This document shows, piece by piece, positions 53,801-64,000 of a DNA stretch of 64,000 bases. This stretch comes from a virus. The notes beneath the pieces are model-generated. The model had not been told where the DNA came from. It saw only the letters and a list, made by a program, of their open reading frames with translations, and did no database searches. The stretch covers positions 1 through 64,000 of the IMG/VR virus record IMGVR_UViG_3300042549_009011, one strand, 5' to 3'. Numbering within the stretch: position 1 is the first letter of the stretch; each line of letters opens with the position of its first letter. A program made the translations under genes and the position numbers.

Positions 53801-53929
53801 CAATTGGCTGAAGTTGTTAATTCAGCGTCTGCAAATATAATAAGCTTTTCAGAATTGACTAGAAAAATAGATCAGATAGGAACTATTCTTAATAACAATC
53901 CACTGTTTGGAACAGCAGTAAGTCAATAA
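47873..53929 (+). CDS. Tail tape measure protein (TP901-like core) with inserted modules
   Basis: 2018 aa; AAAEFARQG, LAEGFSRAGSTA and GAVIGNALKSIFTRL core motifs; hydrophobic and coiled-coil segments. Confidence 0.9.
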   Translation: MAKSAIDVSLNMTLNAQSLNAATKEVRQSLGRITGNASEFQKSLDASTARVFAFGASTFVIEGVKQAFSALVSTTIEVEKRLIEIKSIFGGTANEFNQFRESIFQVAKNTGQSFSVVADAAAEFARQGLDAAETAKRLEAALILTRVSGLDSVKAVSALTAAINGFSSAGLSAAQITNKLIAVDTKFAVSAKDLAEGFSRAGSTAEDAGVSFDELLGIITAVQQTTSRGGAVIGNALKSIFTRLSRSSTIEDLQGLGVAIDSSQTGIQKLQALSNALDQISDPSKASQIKELAGGVYQINIVSAALKDLSKETSIFSRATAISAGATNEALQKNNDLNKSLAAQLNSLVIGFTNLAEKIGQITFAPLLGTLAGLATKVSDFFNEALDPEKGNAFVQGLLKSIGSFLSGPGLVLITTAFLKIITLVARYAKEGFASILSIGTQTEKLKSIQEGLVNSLINDKKFREDILSSTLTLEQKQKAVGDAIARENALLREQQAILTTLSKQALNLGVSGFSKEKGFTGKSGKPIAARGYIPNYAASAQETMMETSAAREHGYKAGKVYNTRLYDGTGGSFKSTVNSAETIKTVRGPNGKLGTYVIPPNGFAGKGFVPNYVGPAAAIRAAGIKSLNDLEKYRVAGKNSFQIGGTIIPLSQAKNVLGRTSTQETNARGQERLIMDGGQFGMLIPNIKALGSVNQFLGTLDTSKGKVPYNLSNLAIRGPQVPNAVDQAANPDDEKLKESIYKTVSNKAASFANLLRGQKVSSSDIRSSLEQNSGAIGALNSAVGAAFESAVLSAYPSQFFDKQANKIGGDFDLRNPSEDVRTLFALDAARTKLDFKASDSKFSKDSMAKKIYNENYKNKVPSTLGKRGAASGFIPNFAVDLNKSQDYVKNQRKRNFKASTYRKATGTIGSLFKSLPEKFFADGVLGDGAQGLETNGIFNLIKQNALYGASFAGPKAIKFVTEAEKYGLKVEKSLKDKLAKLVVKGASKMKGFAGGFLPNFANPLQDALGREMAAGVPASQIYVDSSARLRNSNNPMGLMVANSIDEPKGGYQGINRAVKEGKNPRKYGAAGGFVPNYAKGGSGLSGGIGNLQIAFFALSTVSNTLLASNNELNDTIQKVITGLSTLLILQSLASPLKGVVGTFTKFPKLFSSLGKNISKFGLLKAPIAALSAPLLGLVAVAGTLLAIGITFKTLQSKINKSLEESLNINKRVASERKKRISEGEIALRGTGASDTSGIVERSNQEVDRVKKLNDLQVELDKTGSGFIDSFLESGILFTDIKFDATASTQAKRKEIQKKIEELEKQGEETWGQYSNDIDAIKKAQIKLQKNNEQVQQIALQKTSSGRYASSILGVASQLKTDKSSLEAKRSGLTEELQTSKKSATKDETVEEKNKRLKNESRIKEEISSLDKDIKATSSALADSFNQFNQVIEYSSENYDKAFEDAISSFKKSASLLSSTLEETAKFLMQRGQSLDIASSLTPASGKSSEILAKQLQIASGKNQAQTSRNEFKQSILDFGKNLNNLDVLKVSNAPQEERERQIAEFKSLNARIKPDSTVGEDGLTVKQRSEVERSFASNKASAEGFSLLQGSEDIKKLEKDLTTGKFDQNIFNDFFSGGEKALKDTLQKSFSSVDFEKDQGKELFNKAKESAIAYRDNLIKGYTEARNIQTQINNDIKANGLELVAAQKQALSELPNVLKQIREGEKVDPTALFNKFQEAAKLLKTGDPKDARKANEILASTSGESERFKALFGQQALEGIQQRSGLTPDIISKSVSTASLDKIDYSSIEDIIRTKFSVGSDEALRSLNKVKVDPTKLQDFLNTINRITSGGSAKLKEAGADITGSLGGLSKGKIGAPSVREVNQSLRSELSSASKEQLVGLDSTLKAFVKDSSNVEIFKKLEEQLKQTLGAEKGSKFASAYKDATKQGEFTGEDAEVSKLTEKRNQLAVEIDAVNKQVQDFKTAFDKTKITASIDQLAEVVNSASANIISFSELTRKIDQIGTILNNNPLFGTAVSQ

Positions 53930-53940
53930 AATATTTTTAA

Positions 53941-56900
53941 ATGAGCTTAATAATAAACAAAGTATCATCATGCTCCACTCAGATAAATTATTCTTATCTT
54001 GATTCTGATTTTATATTTGGTTATGAAGTTGTCGGTAACTATACAGTAGAATTTGCCGATATAACATTGACTGATAATGACGGCGTTCTTTACTCAGGTA
54101 TAGATGCTTTAAGAATTGCATATCAACAACCTAATCTTACTGCTAGAATAGGATCAGATGAATTTTTAAATGGAAGATTAACAAGTCAATCTTTTGAACA
54201 ATCAACTTTAGCAGGTTCTTCAAGTTGTTCTATAACAATAGAAGAATCCAAAAGATTAGATAATTATGCTGGTAATGAATTTGCTGAAAATATTCCAAGC
54301 CCACATTTAATATCTTCTTTTCAAGAAAATTTTTCTTTTTCTAGATCTGGAGATAGTTATTCTTCAACAAGAAATGCGTCTATAACTTATAGGCAAGATA
54401 TTGGAAATCAATTTTTAAATAACGCTAAACTTTTTTTAAGCAATGTTTATAGATATCTTAGACCAAATTTTGGCTACCATACAGATGGGATATCTGAAAA
54501 TGGAAGATTCGATGAAAACTTCAGACCACTTATATCTGAAACAATTGATTTATTAAATTTAACTGTTTCTATTCAAGAAACAGTTCAAACTTCTTTTATA
54601 GAAGATTTTTTTTCTAAAAAAGTTACTTATACAGAAGAAATTGGAGAAGACGGATTTACTTCAAAAAATTATTCAGTTGAAATAAAAGCTTTAAGAGAAC
54701 CTCTGGAGGGAAAAGCGTTAGATGCATCTAAAATTGTTTTGGATGATATATTAAATGAAAATTTTGCTGATTTTAAAAATCCAATAGAAATTGGGAAAGG
54801 AATAAATAGAGACGGCGCAATAATAACTTTAACTATTCTATTTTCTAATGATCCTAAATTAAATTCAGATAATACAAATTCTTATAATGTTACAAAGTCA
54901 AAAAATGGAAATTTCTATGAATATTCCATAACAATTGAAGCCCAGTCAACTGGAAAAAGCAAAGAGTCTAAATTAGCAAATTTAAAAAGTTTTTGGCAAG
55001 GTCTAGCTGGGACATATATAACAAAAATAGAAAGCTTATTTACTTCTGTTGGCGCTATATATTTAAAAAGTAGAGATTATTCTTTTTCTTCAAAAGAGCC
55101 AAAAATAACAGAAACAGTAATTTATACACAAGACGATTCTTACGATTCAAGCGGAGATATTTTAAAAGACGAATCTTCTGTAAGTACAAAAAACGCATTA
55201 GATAGACATAGAATTTTTGTGAGTCCAGAAACAAAAGGAGAAGTTATCGAAGTAGCTTCAAGTTTAAAAGCAGCAGGAAGCGAAACTTTTTCAAGGAATG
55301 TTATCACAAAAATGTATGTTGGTATTGATGGATTAATAGCAATTTTAAATACAGAAGAAAATCAAGACAAAATATCAAGTGATGTAATTACTGCGAATAT
55401 TGAATGTGTAGGAAGTCGTGTAATTACATATAGCACAACTCAATAATGAGCATATCATATGATACATATTTTTTTCCAGCACCACTTCCATCTGTAGTAA
55501 TTTCAGATGAACCAATTTATATTGCTGGTAAATTAGACCATACAAAACAAAAAATACAATTAATTGGTACGATAACTGGGTCTAATTTAAATAGCTTGTC
55601 TGAAGCGAAAAAAGAAATGGAAATAGGTTTATTGAATCCGTTTGAGTCATTAGACTTAAATGGAGAAAGTTTTGATATTTGTAGACCTCTTAGTATAAAT
55701 TTTTCTGATAGCGATTTAACTACCTTACTGCCTTATTCGGTAGAATTTGAAGCTTTTGATGAAAAAGGTTTTACAGAATTTTATGGCATTTCAGATCCTA
55801 CAGATTCTTGGTCTTATTCCGAACAAGATGGCAGAATAATTTCTGCAACTCATACAGTTTCGGCAAGAGGCGTTAAAGTAGATGGAAATGATTCTTTACA
55901 AAATGCAAGAACTTTTGTAAATTCAAGACTTAATGGTTTTGAAAACTATAGTATAATAAATCCAGATATTTCAGAATCTTATATAAGAGAAAAAACTGAA
56001 GAAATAAATAGATTCCAAAATATTTACTCTGTAACAGAAGTTTATACGCTTTCGTCAAGTAGATCTTCGCAGCCAGAAAACAGTTTAGTAACCGTTACAA
56101 CACAAATAAATTATTCAAAAAATTCAGAATCTTCCGTAACTGTAAGTGGTAATATAATAGGTTCTGTTGGAGGAACTTTAGTAAATAAATCTATGTTTAC
56201 CGCTTCACAAGCTAAAAATCAAGCCATAAAAAGTATTGAAGAATCAAGATCTTTAAGAGAAGCGGATTTGTATGAAATTTTACAAAAAGGACCAAGCTCC
56301 TCTTCTTTCGAAATAAATGAAGTAGACAATTCTTTGACTTTTTCTTATACCTTTTCTGATGCATTTTTCAACGAAGACGATGAAGCAGAACATATTTATA
56401 CTGTAAATATTTCTGCATCTAAAGATTCTGCATTAATAAACGTATCAATAAATGGAGAAATTAGATATAAGGGAATAGAAAATATTTATAGTGGAGAAGA
56501 CATAGAAGATTCTCCAAGATATTTGGCAATTTTAGCAAAATTTGAATCAATTAATCCATATGATTTTGCGGTGCAAGAATATGTTAATTTTTATTCTGTA
56601 GTTCAGGATTTTGATGGTAATAGTTATTTAGACCCAGAACCTTTATCAGAAAGTATTACAAAAAACCCATTTGAACCAAGTATATCATATTCTTATAGTT
56701 ATTCAAATAAAGCAAATTTTAATTTAAAAAATTTAACTCTGGAATATACGGATGAAAAACCTATAATTAGAATAGATTTAGTCGAAACATTGGGTGGTTT
56801 CCAAGAAAATAGAACAAGTATTTTAGGCAAAAAAACTGTTACTGCATCAGCAAATGAACCAGATTCTTCTCTAAACGGTTTAAAATCTCGTATTGAAAGT

Positions 56901-59900
56901 TATTTGCCACCATATTGTTTTATTTTTGAAGAATCTTCTTCAGAATCTCCTACATCAATATCAGCAGCAAAAAGTGTTTACTATGTATAATATATGTTAA
57001 AAGAATCCATAACATACAAACTAAATGAATTAGCTATTGATAAAAATAGGCTATTGGTTTGTTATGATTTTAATAAAGATAATACTTTTTCTGCTACAAG
57101 CGGATCTAATAATCAATCTTATATAAAGAACTTATCAATCACTGGAGATAGTGGATTTTATCACGCTGCTGTAATTGGAGCTACAGGATCAACAAGCGCT
57201 TTAGCATTAAGTAGTGTCACTGGTTCTAGCGGATTTTTACAAGGTAATAAAGCAGACTTTACAAAAAAAGTAGCAAAAATTTCTGGTTCTTCAAATATAG
57301 ATTTGAGAAATTGCTCATATTTGATGACTATTGATTCTGAGTTATCAGATGATGGAGTTATTATCGGATGCTATTCCAAAGAAGCACAAACAATAAATGG
57401 CATAGAATATACTTATTCAAGTGGATTTAACTATGGACAAAATTATCGTGGACAAGATTTTATAAAATCTAAAAATCAAAATGGAGAATATTGTTTTACA
57501 AAAAGTGAAGATGATCCAACTAAAAGAAGAGTAGTTGGAATAACTTTTAATAATAGCCAAGCAACTTTACATAGATTTGACTATCTTAACGACAATGTTA
57601 AGTCCCAATCTTTTTCTTGCTCTCCTACAGATATTGCAAATACAAGTAATTTTTATTTAGGTTCAGCAATAGATTATTTTAGAGGGCAAGAAGGAGATAA
57701 ATTATTTAGTGGCAAACTTGAAAACTTCTTAATTTTATCTGGATATTTTTTCGAAAATACTCTTTATGAAATTAGTAAGTCCCTTATTTCTGACTATCAG
57801 TTTAATAGTGGAACAGTTACAACAACTGGTATATTTTCTGGATACCAAACTGAAGTCGTTTATAAAACAGGAATAACTGGTTCTTATTTACAAATTACTG
57901 GATATAATTATGTACAAAGTGGAATACCAATATTCACACAATTGCCAGTTTTTACTGGATTAATTTCTGCAAAAGAAGGGCAAAGAATATGGTTGAATTA
58001 TGAAGATTATATTGAAAGCGTAGGATATTTAGATTCTGGTAATTCAAATTATTACTTGCCTACTGGAGAAGATGCACAATCTACTCTTGGTTTAAGAAAT
58101 TCTTCTGGACTTTTTTCTGGTTTTACTGTTTCTGGATCTTTTAATTATAATACAGTTGCCGTGCCATTATATCAGACAATATATTTGACTGGCGTAACAA
58201 ACGAGGTTTCTGGAGTAATAAATTATGAAATTTATAAAACTGGATACATAACAGGAGCCGCTTCTTCTGGAATTTCTTTTTCAGATGATTTTAGCGGTTT
58301 TCAAAAAAACTTAATTTACTACTTAGGACATAGATAATGTTTGAATTCTCTTTTAAAACTGGTTCAGGAATTTCTGGTTTATATTCTCCATTTGTTGAGG
58401 AGAATATAAAAACTCAGTTTGATGGCGGTTTGTTTTTAAATTCTGATTTGATAACTGGCAAAAACGTATCTGTTTTAAGCGTAAATGGGCAAACTTTAGC
58501 GGAGCAGTTAGCTACGGAAATAAATTTAGGATCATTAAATTTATACTTAAATAGTGGAGACTATTATACAAAAGGCAGTAATAATTATAAAACAGTAAGT
58601 TTTTCTGATAATATTGATTTTAATTTATTTAGGAAAACAAATTTTTTCTTTAGAATAAAAAGTGATCCAAGAGAAATAGCTTTAGGATCTGGAATTTCTT
58701 CAATTCAAATGCAGAATAATTTATCTGGTTCTTTAGTTTCGAAATTTCCAGAAAGAGCTAATTCATATACAGGATTATCTTCTTTTGATTACTATTTAAA
58801 CGGTCAAAAGATATATTCTGGAATAAGCGGCTCTTATACAATAAGCGGTTCTAGTTTCATATATAATGATTCTATGACTGGCAAGATATTTGCAATACCA
58901 AAAAATCAAAATACAAAAACTTATACTGGACAAAATCCAGATGTTTATGATCAAAATTTTGTAGAAACAACTGTTTATGGCTATGCAAATGGACTCTCTT
59001 TAGATAAATCTAATTGGCTAGAGCTATATACTGGTGTAAAATACATTACCACTGGTATTGCTGCAATAATTTTTGAAGAACCAAAAGAAAATCAAACAAT
59101 TAATATTTAATGATTAAGTCTCTAGATATAAACTATGGTTTCAATGGAGAAGTTTCTACAGCATCTCTAATTCGTAGCGATTCTACGATAGCTTGCTCTG
59201 CAACAGCAGAAGGATCTGTAGAATTTAATATACAACAATTATTAAAAGATTATGCTTTGTATAAAACAACAAAAACAAATAGCGCTGGATTTAAAGAAAT
59301 ATCAGAGGAATGGGTTGATAAACAAGCTCAAAGATTAGAAGCTATTCCAGTGCTTGTAAGAGGTATAACCGCATCTCCATTTGCTGAACCATTTTCTTAT
59401 CAGGGAAGGCTATATAATTTTGCAGAAGTTGATAAAAAAATAGTTGATATTGGTGAGCAGTCAAAAACTGAACCAGAATTAAGAGATGATTCAATATTGA
59501 TTCTTGGAAAAACTATTTCTGTATTATCAACAAGTTATAAAAATGATAATTATTTTGATTTTTATAGCAAAGGTAATCTCATAGGTTCAACACCATTAAG
59601 AAGCAAATGGCCCCAAGAAGCAAAAGATGCAATGTCAAATTTAGAAATTGATGCTTCTTTAAAATTTGGTTATACTTTAGAAGATTTAAAAAAAGGAATA
59701 GAGATTTGTGGATACACAGTAGAAGATTATCCAGATTCTAGTTTAGGAGGAGATTTTAGTTTAATTGAAACAGGAGGATCTTTAAAAGATTGTATTTCTG
59801 CTGTGGCTTCTATGTATGGTGTTTATTGGAGTTGTAGAGGTAATAAAATATCTTTTTATACAAGATCAGAGATAGAAACAATTAATAATAATATTGAGGA

Positions 59901-61443
59901 TCTTACAGATTCATCAGATGAAACAATTATATCATCTAGTTATTCTACAGATATTTATAATAAATCTAAAATTTCAGTAATAAATGGATCTGCATCTGAA
60001 ACGTTTTCTGGTGGCGGATCAAATTTTCAAATTGGCGCTGTAAATAGAAGCTTAACTTTTAAATATATTGATATTAGATTTTATTTAAAAAATAAAGAGC
60101 TAATTCCAATAGGTCCATTTTATAGTTCTATAATATTTTCACAAAATGAAAATCTTTTTGATTATATATTTTTAATGTTTATATTTAATAAAAAAGAAGA
60201 AGCAAGAAAATATAAAGCAATAGATAAATATATAGATGATAATGATATAGAATTACAAAAGCAACCTTTTGCATGGAAAAATAACGCATCTCCTATTAAA
60301 AAAATATTATCTGAGATAGCTCCATTAGATCAAACTTTTTATGACATGAGAAAAAAGGGGAAAGATGAAGTTATAGATCTTCCATCACATTCTAAAATTT
60401 ATAGTGCGACAAAATCAGTTTGCGATTTTCTTGGTAATACATATATCTCAAGACCCGTTTCTAAAAGACAATCTCAATATTATGAAATAACACCAAAAGA
60501 ATCTCTTTCTGTTAGTAGAGCATATCCATCTTCAACGAAAGTTACAGAAGTGGATGAGCTTAATAGTTTTATTGTAGCTTTGAAATCTCTTATTGAAGAA
60601 GATATATCAGATGAATTAAGTAATTATTCATTATATGATTTAGCTGCCAAAATTCATTTAGAAAAAGATCAAACTTTTACTATAAGTAAAAATAATTCTT
60701 TTATTTATATTGCAAAAAAACAATTTATAGAAACATCCAATTCGCCTGAAAAAAATGAAGATGCGCCACCTGAAGCAAACGTACTTCAAGCTGCTAAAGA
60801 TGCTATAGATAATTTGGTTAAAGAACAAAAAGGAGTCCCAAATTTTCCACTTGAGGCTGACTCTATTAAATTATTGCCTTGTTCTGACGCAAGAAATGGG
60901 TTTGTAAGCAATATAGCAGCAACATCTACCGCTTTAGTAGAAAAAATATTAAAAATAGCTGATTCTCCAATAGTAATGAAATGCATCAAAGTAAGAGAAC
61001 CAGAAACATCTGAATCTGATGATGGTGACGAAGAAAAAAGAATAAAAGAACTTTTAGGCTCAAATGAAATAAAATCTTTTACTGTTGTTCCAAATTTAGG
61101 AGGAGAATTATCTCCAGTAGAAATTGCTACATTTGACTGCAACTTAGATGAAGAAAATTTTACAAGATTAAATTTACCTTCATTAAATCCAGCTTCTTAT
61201 GTTCAAAGATCTTCTACAGTTACTTATTTCGGTTTTAAAGAACCAGATGAAGAAGATCCATCGCTGTCTAATTACACTTTGAATTTTTCAGACTCTTCTA
61301 CAACAACTTCTATAACAAGATCTACAAAAGAAATACTTGGAATTGACAAGGGCATAGTTATGGGATCTTATATGTCTTCTAATAATAAAAACTCAACAAA
61401 ATTTTTAAGAGCAAGACAGAAAAATGCTTTGAGAATAAATTAA
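53941..61443 (+). CDS. Tail tip/baseplate-region structural proteins (53941-55446, 55446-56990, 56994-58337, 58337-59110, 59110-61443)
   Basis: Coupled start/stops after the TMP; beta-rich S/T/Y composition. Confidence 0.6.
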
Positions 61444-62204
61444 ACCTTAGACAAAAGGGCAATTAATTTTCTGCATTCTTTTGGATTTATATCTGAATAT
61501 TGACTCCAATTTTTTGCTTCTTCATTTTTATAAGCACCAGATTTCCATTGTTCTCTAAGCCAAGAGACAAAATTTTCAAAAGAATTAATTGCTTTTTCTT
61601 TTGCTATCTTTTCAAGAGTTCCTTGCGGCGTTAAGACAGTTAAATCTTTTTCGTTTTCAGAAGAATCTATAGATAGAGATTTTTCTGATTTGTCAATTTC
61701 ATCGTCTCCAACAACATTGATATTTAAAAAGTTTCTTACGCAACGCACAAAAGATCTATTGCAGGCAATGGTTTCTAGAAATTTTTGACAAAATTTATCA
61801 GTATTTTCTAATGTAGCATTCGCATAATCTTCAAAAAAGATTTCCTGCATATTGCTCTCATAATTTCCGATCCAATTAATTCTGCAACTAGCTACTACAT
61901 GATCTTTGTCGCCAGAAATTTGATAAGTAACCGAACTGTATCCTCTAAGCCTAGCTACATCTTTAACTCCACCCAAAAGAATTAAAAGCTGCTTATCTGT
62001 TAAGCCTTCGATAGATTTTGGAACATCTTTCTTCCTTGAGAAGAACCAATCTTTATTTGGGTAAAGAAATTCTTGTTTTACCATTGAACGCCAGTTTACA
62101 GTTCCATCTTCATTAAAGATGTAATTCACTCCTGATAAAAGCCCTAATTCATCTCTACGGCATTTTACGGAACTCTCTGCTCTGGAATCTGTTTCAATAT
62201 TCAT
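61440..62204 (-). CDS. Conserved hypothetical protein, possibly Rad52/ERF-like ssDNA annealing
   Basis: ETIACNRSFVRCVRNFLNI...DEID resembles the SSAP helix motif; weak. Confidence 0.35.
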   Translation of the reverse strand: MNIETDSRAESSVKCRRDELGLLSGVNYIFNEDGTVNWRSMVKQEFLYPNKDWFFSRKKDVPKSIEGLTDKQLLILLGGVKDVARLRGYSSVTYQISGDKDHVVASCRINWIGNYESNMQEIFFEDYANATLENTDKFCQKFLETIACNRSFVRCVRNFLNINVVGDDEIDKSEKSLSIDSSENEKDLTVLTPQGTLEKIAKEKAINSFENFVSWLREQWKSGAYKNEEAKNWSQYSDINPKECRKLIALLSKV

Positions 62205-63316
62205 TATGACGTAGTATACAGGTAAACCCAATCTAAGTCAAGTAAAAAAAGATTATTCGAATTTATCGCTTCAAGATAAGAGCTAAATTGTTTGCTGCCA
62301 ATAAAAATTGTTTTATTAGATTTTAATTTAACATCTTTCTCATTAATGTTTGATATTTTTTTTGAGTTCTCTTTTATTAAAGAATTCATATCATGAAAAA
62401 TAATATCGTAATCAAAAAATATTCTTCTTTGTTGGGCGAGCTTGTCTTTAGAAACACACAAAAGATTTAAATGAATTCCCAATGATTTTACTTTCTTTAC
62501 GAAAATTTCATCAAATTCATTTGCTAAATAATTTATAGCACGAATACGTCGAGACAATAAAATTTCTTCAGAAATCGGATTTGACAAAGTTAATTCTACT
62601 GTATTATTTTTTATAATTTCATATAGAACTTCTTCATTGTGATGAATATCCATTCTTACATTTATTTTGTCATGAATAACAGAACAATGTTCATTAGGAA
62701 TTATTTCAACGCATTCGGTCTTATATCTATCTCCAATGAATAAAGTTTTGAATCTTTTTTTGTTTTTCAAACCCAATAGATTAAGAATTTTTTCAGCAAT
62801 TTTTTCTGGAAATATTTTATTTATTGTTTTAGGATTTTCATTTGCATCATAAGAAAATTTTTGATTACCAGAAATAGAAATAATAAATTCTGTTTTCTTT
62901 TTATCGAATTTCCAAGGACCAGAGTTTTTAGGATTAGTGTGCGAATAAATACCCAAAAGAGGTGTGTTTAAATCACCAGCCAAAGAACAATAAATAGAAT
63001 CAGTACCGATATGACATAAGGAATTTTTTATTATGAAAGCGGCTTGTTTTTTAGAGCAATACGCATGAAAATCACAATGATTTATTTTTTGCTTTTCATC
63101 TTGTAAAATTTGAACAATCTTTATATTTTTTTTATTTAATTGAGGTCTTAATAACTCTATTACTTCTTCCCAATAATCATAGGTAGTGGCATTTAAGCAA
63201 GCATGATTAATCGTTATATATTTTTCAAAAGGAATTGAAAAAAAAATATGATTGATAATTGGTTTACCAATTTTAACTCCACAAGATTTTGCGTATTCTT
63301 CTATAAGATGACTCAT
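62204..63316 (-). CDS. GT9 (heptosyltransferase)-like glycosyltransferase
   Basis: HIGTDSIYCSLAGDLNTPLLGIYS...GPW and YWEEVIELL. Confidence 0.7.
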   Translation of the reverse strand: MSHLIEEYAKSCGVKIGKPIINHIFFSIPFEKYITINHACLNATTYDYWEEVIELLRPQLNKKNIKIVQILQDEKQKINHCDFHAYCSKKQAAFIIKNSLCHIGTDSIYCSLAGDLNTPLLGIYSHTNPKNSGPWKFDKKKTEFIISISGNQKFSYDANENPKTINKIFPEKIAEKILNLLGLKNKKRFKTLFIGDRYKTECVEIIPNEHCSVIHDKINVRMDIHHNEEVLYEIIKNNTVELTLSNPISEEILLSRRIRAINYLANEFDEIFVKKVKSLGIHLNLLCVSKDKLAQQRRIFFDYDIIFHDMNSLIKENSKKISNINEKDVKLKSNKTIFIGSKQFSSYLEAINSNNLFLLDLDWVYLYTTS

Positions 63317-63318
63317 TA

Positions 63319-64000
63319 TTATTCTAGTTCAAATTGGATTACATCTTCACCATTATGTAGATATGATAAAAATTTCTGAGTTGTAGCGTGGGGTAAAAAA
63401 GCGATTTTAAAATAACCATTATGATCTGCTCTTCCCTCCAATAAAAAGGAGCTATCTACTCCATTTTGATAAGGTATCAATTTATGGATATACGGATTAT
63501 CTTCGATTAGTTCGAAATATTCTGTTTTTGTTATGAAATAAATATTGTCTGTAGGATATGCTTTTTTAATATTTTCAATTAATCCGTTTATTAAATAAAT
63601 ATCTTTTTCTGATTCTGGTAAAACAACCGCAATTCTTTTACCAGCATCTTCTTTGTCAAGAAAATCTTCAAAGCTTAAAATTTGTTGCTCTGGTTGTTCG
63701 ATTTCTTCTTTTTGAATGAAATTATTTTTAGCTTCTAATATAACTTCTTTTAATCTTTTTACAATTTTTTCTACACAAAATTTTTCTTTGATATATTTTT
63801 GACCATTTTCTAAAAGAATATTTTTTTCATCATCTTTCATTTTGAAAACTTTTTCTAAGTTTTTTGCTATACTATCTGGACAAGTTGTTGCTTTGATGAA
63901 TTGAGTATTAGGTTCTCTATATTCTTTCCATTCTAAAGGAATTCCTCCTTGATATTCGTAGCATGAATCTGTGCCACATGAGTAATCTGTTACTAAAGTA
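63319..64000 (-). CDS. Glycosyltransferase (GT-B) C-terminal part, 5'-truncated by window edge
   Basis: Frame is open to the edge (TLVTDYSCG...); ENGQKYIKEKF GT4-like tail, then a GT9-like ITKTEYFELIEDNPYIHKLI segment. Confidence 0.55.
   Translation of the reverse strand, partial: TLVTDYSCGTDSCYEYQGGIPLEWKEYREPNTQFIKATTCPDSIAKNLEKVFKMKDDEKNILLENGQKYIKEKFCVEKIVKRLKEVILEAKNNFIQKEEIEQPEQQILSFEDFLDKEDAGKRIAVVLPESEKDIYLINGLIENIKKAYPTDNIYFITKTEYFELIEDNPYIHKLIPYQNGVDSSFLLEGRADHNGYFKIAFLPHATTQKFLSYLHNGEDVIQFELE

Noticed and set aside
29226-61443. Alternative genetic code (stop reassignment) or introns/inteins in late genes
   Set aside because: Long ORFs are intact in the standard code with normal sizes; no suppressor tRNA or intein motifs seen

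Overview
This is a 64-kb segment of a large, AT-rich tailed dsDNA phage (Caudoviricetes). It is probably a long-tailed siphovirus-like phage: there is a 2018-aa tape measure, a tail tube and no recognisable sheath gene. Host is unknown; the lack of Shine-Dalgarno sites, leaderless genes and GTTC-type attC sites only hint at a PVC-group bacterium. There are three zones. (1) 1-15.9 kb: dozens of short + strand early/accessory ORFs (YopX, SAM methyltransferase, RuvB-like ATPase, YubB-like), 4 tRNAs, an HNH endonuclease and a small captured integron cassette array. (2) 16-28.3 kb: short - strand, mostly monocistronic early genes (gp88-like, DUF932, SprT, four small paralog families). Most have their own sigma70 promoter, and they are interleaved with fixed-geometry DNA elements: 33-bp TTTTTAT-N19-ATAAAAA x8, 77-bp double palindromes x4, and TTGACA-N17-TCTAAC x6. 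(3) 29-61.4 kb: a + strand late module (PhoH, sigma factor, ERCC4 nuclease, terminase, portal, protease/scaffold, capsid, neck, tube, tape measure, tail tip), followed by - strand glycosyltransferases. The strongest candidates for something new are the polar array of geometric sites in the early region, the phage-borne attC cassettes, GFxPNF-delimited cargo modules in the tape measure, and several atypical tRNA or tRNA-like RNAs. All calls come from reading the sequence; no searches were run.
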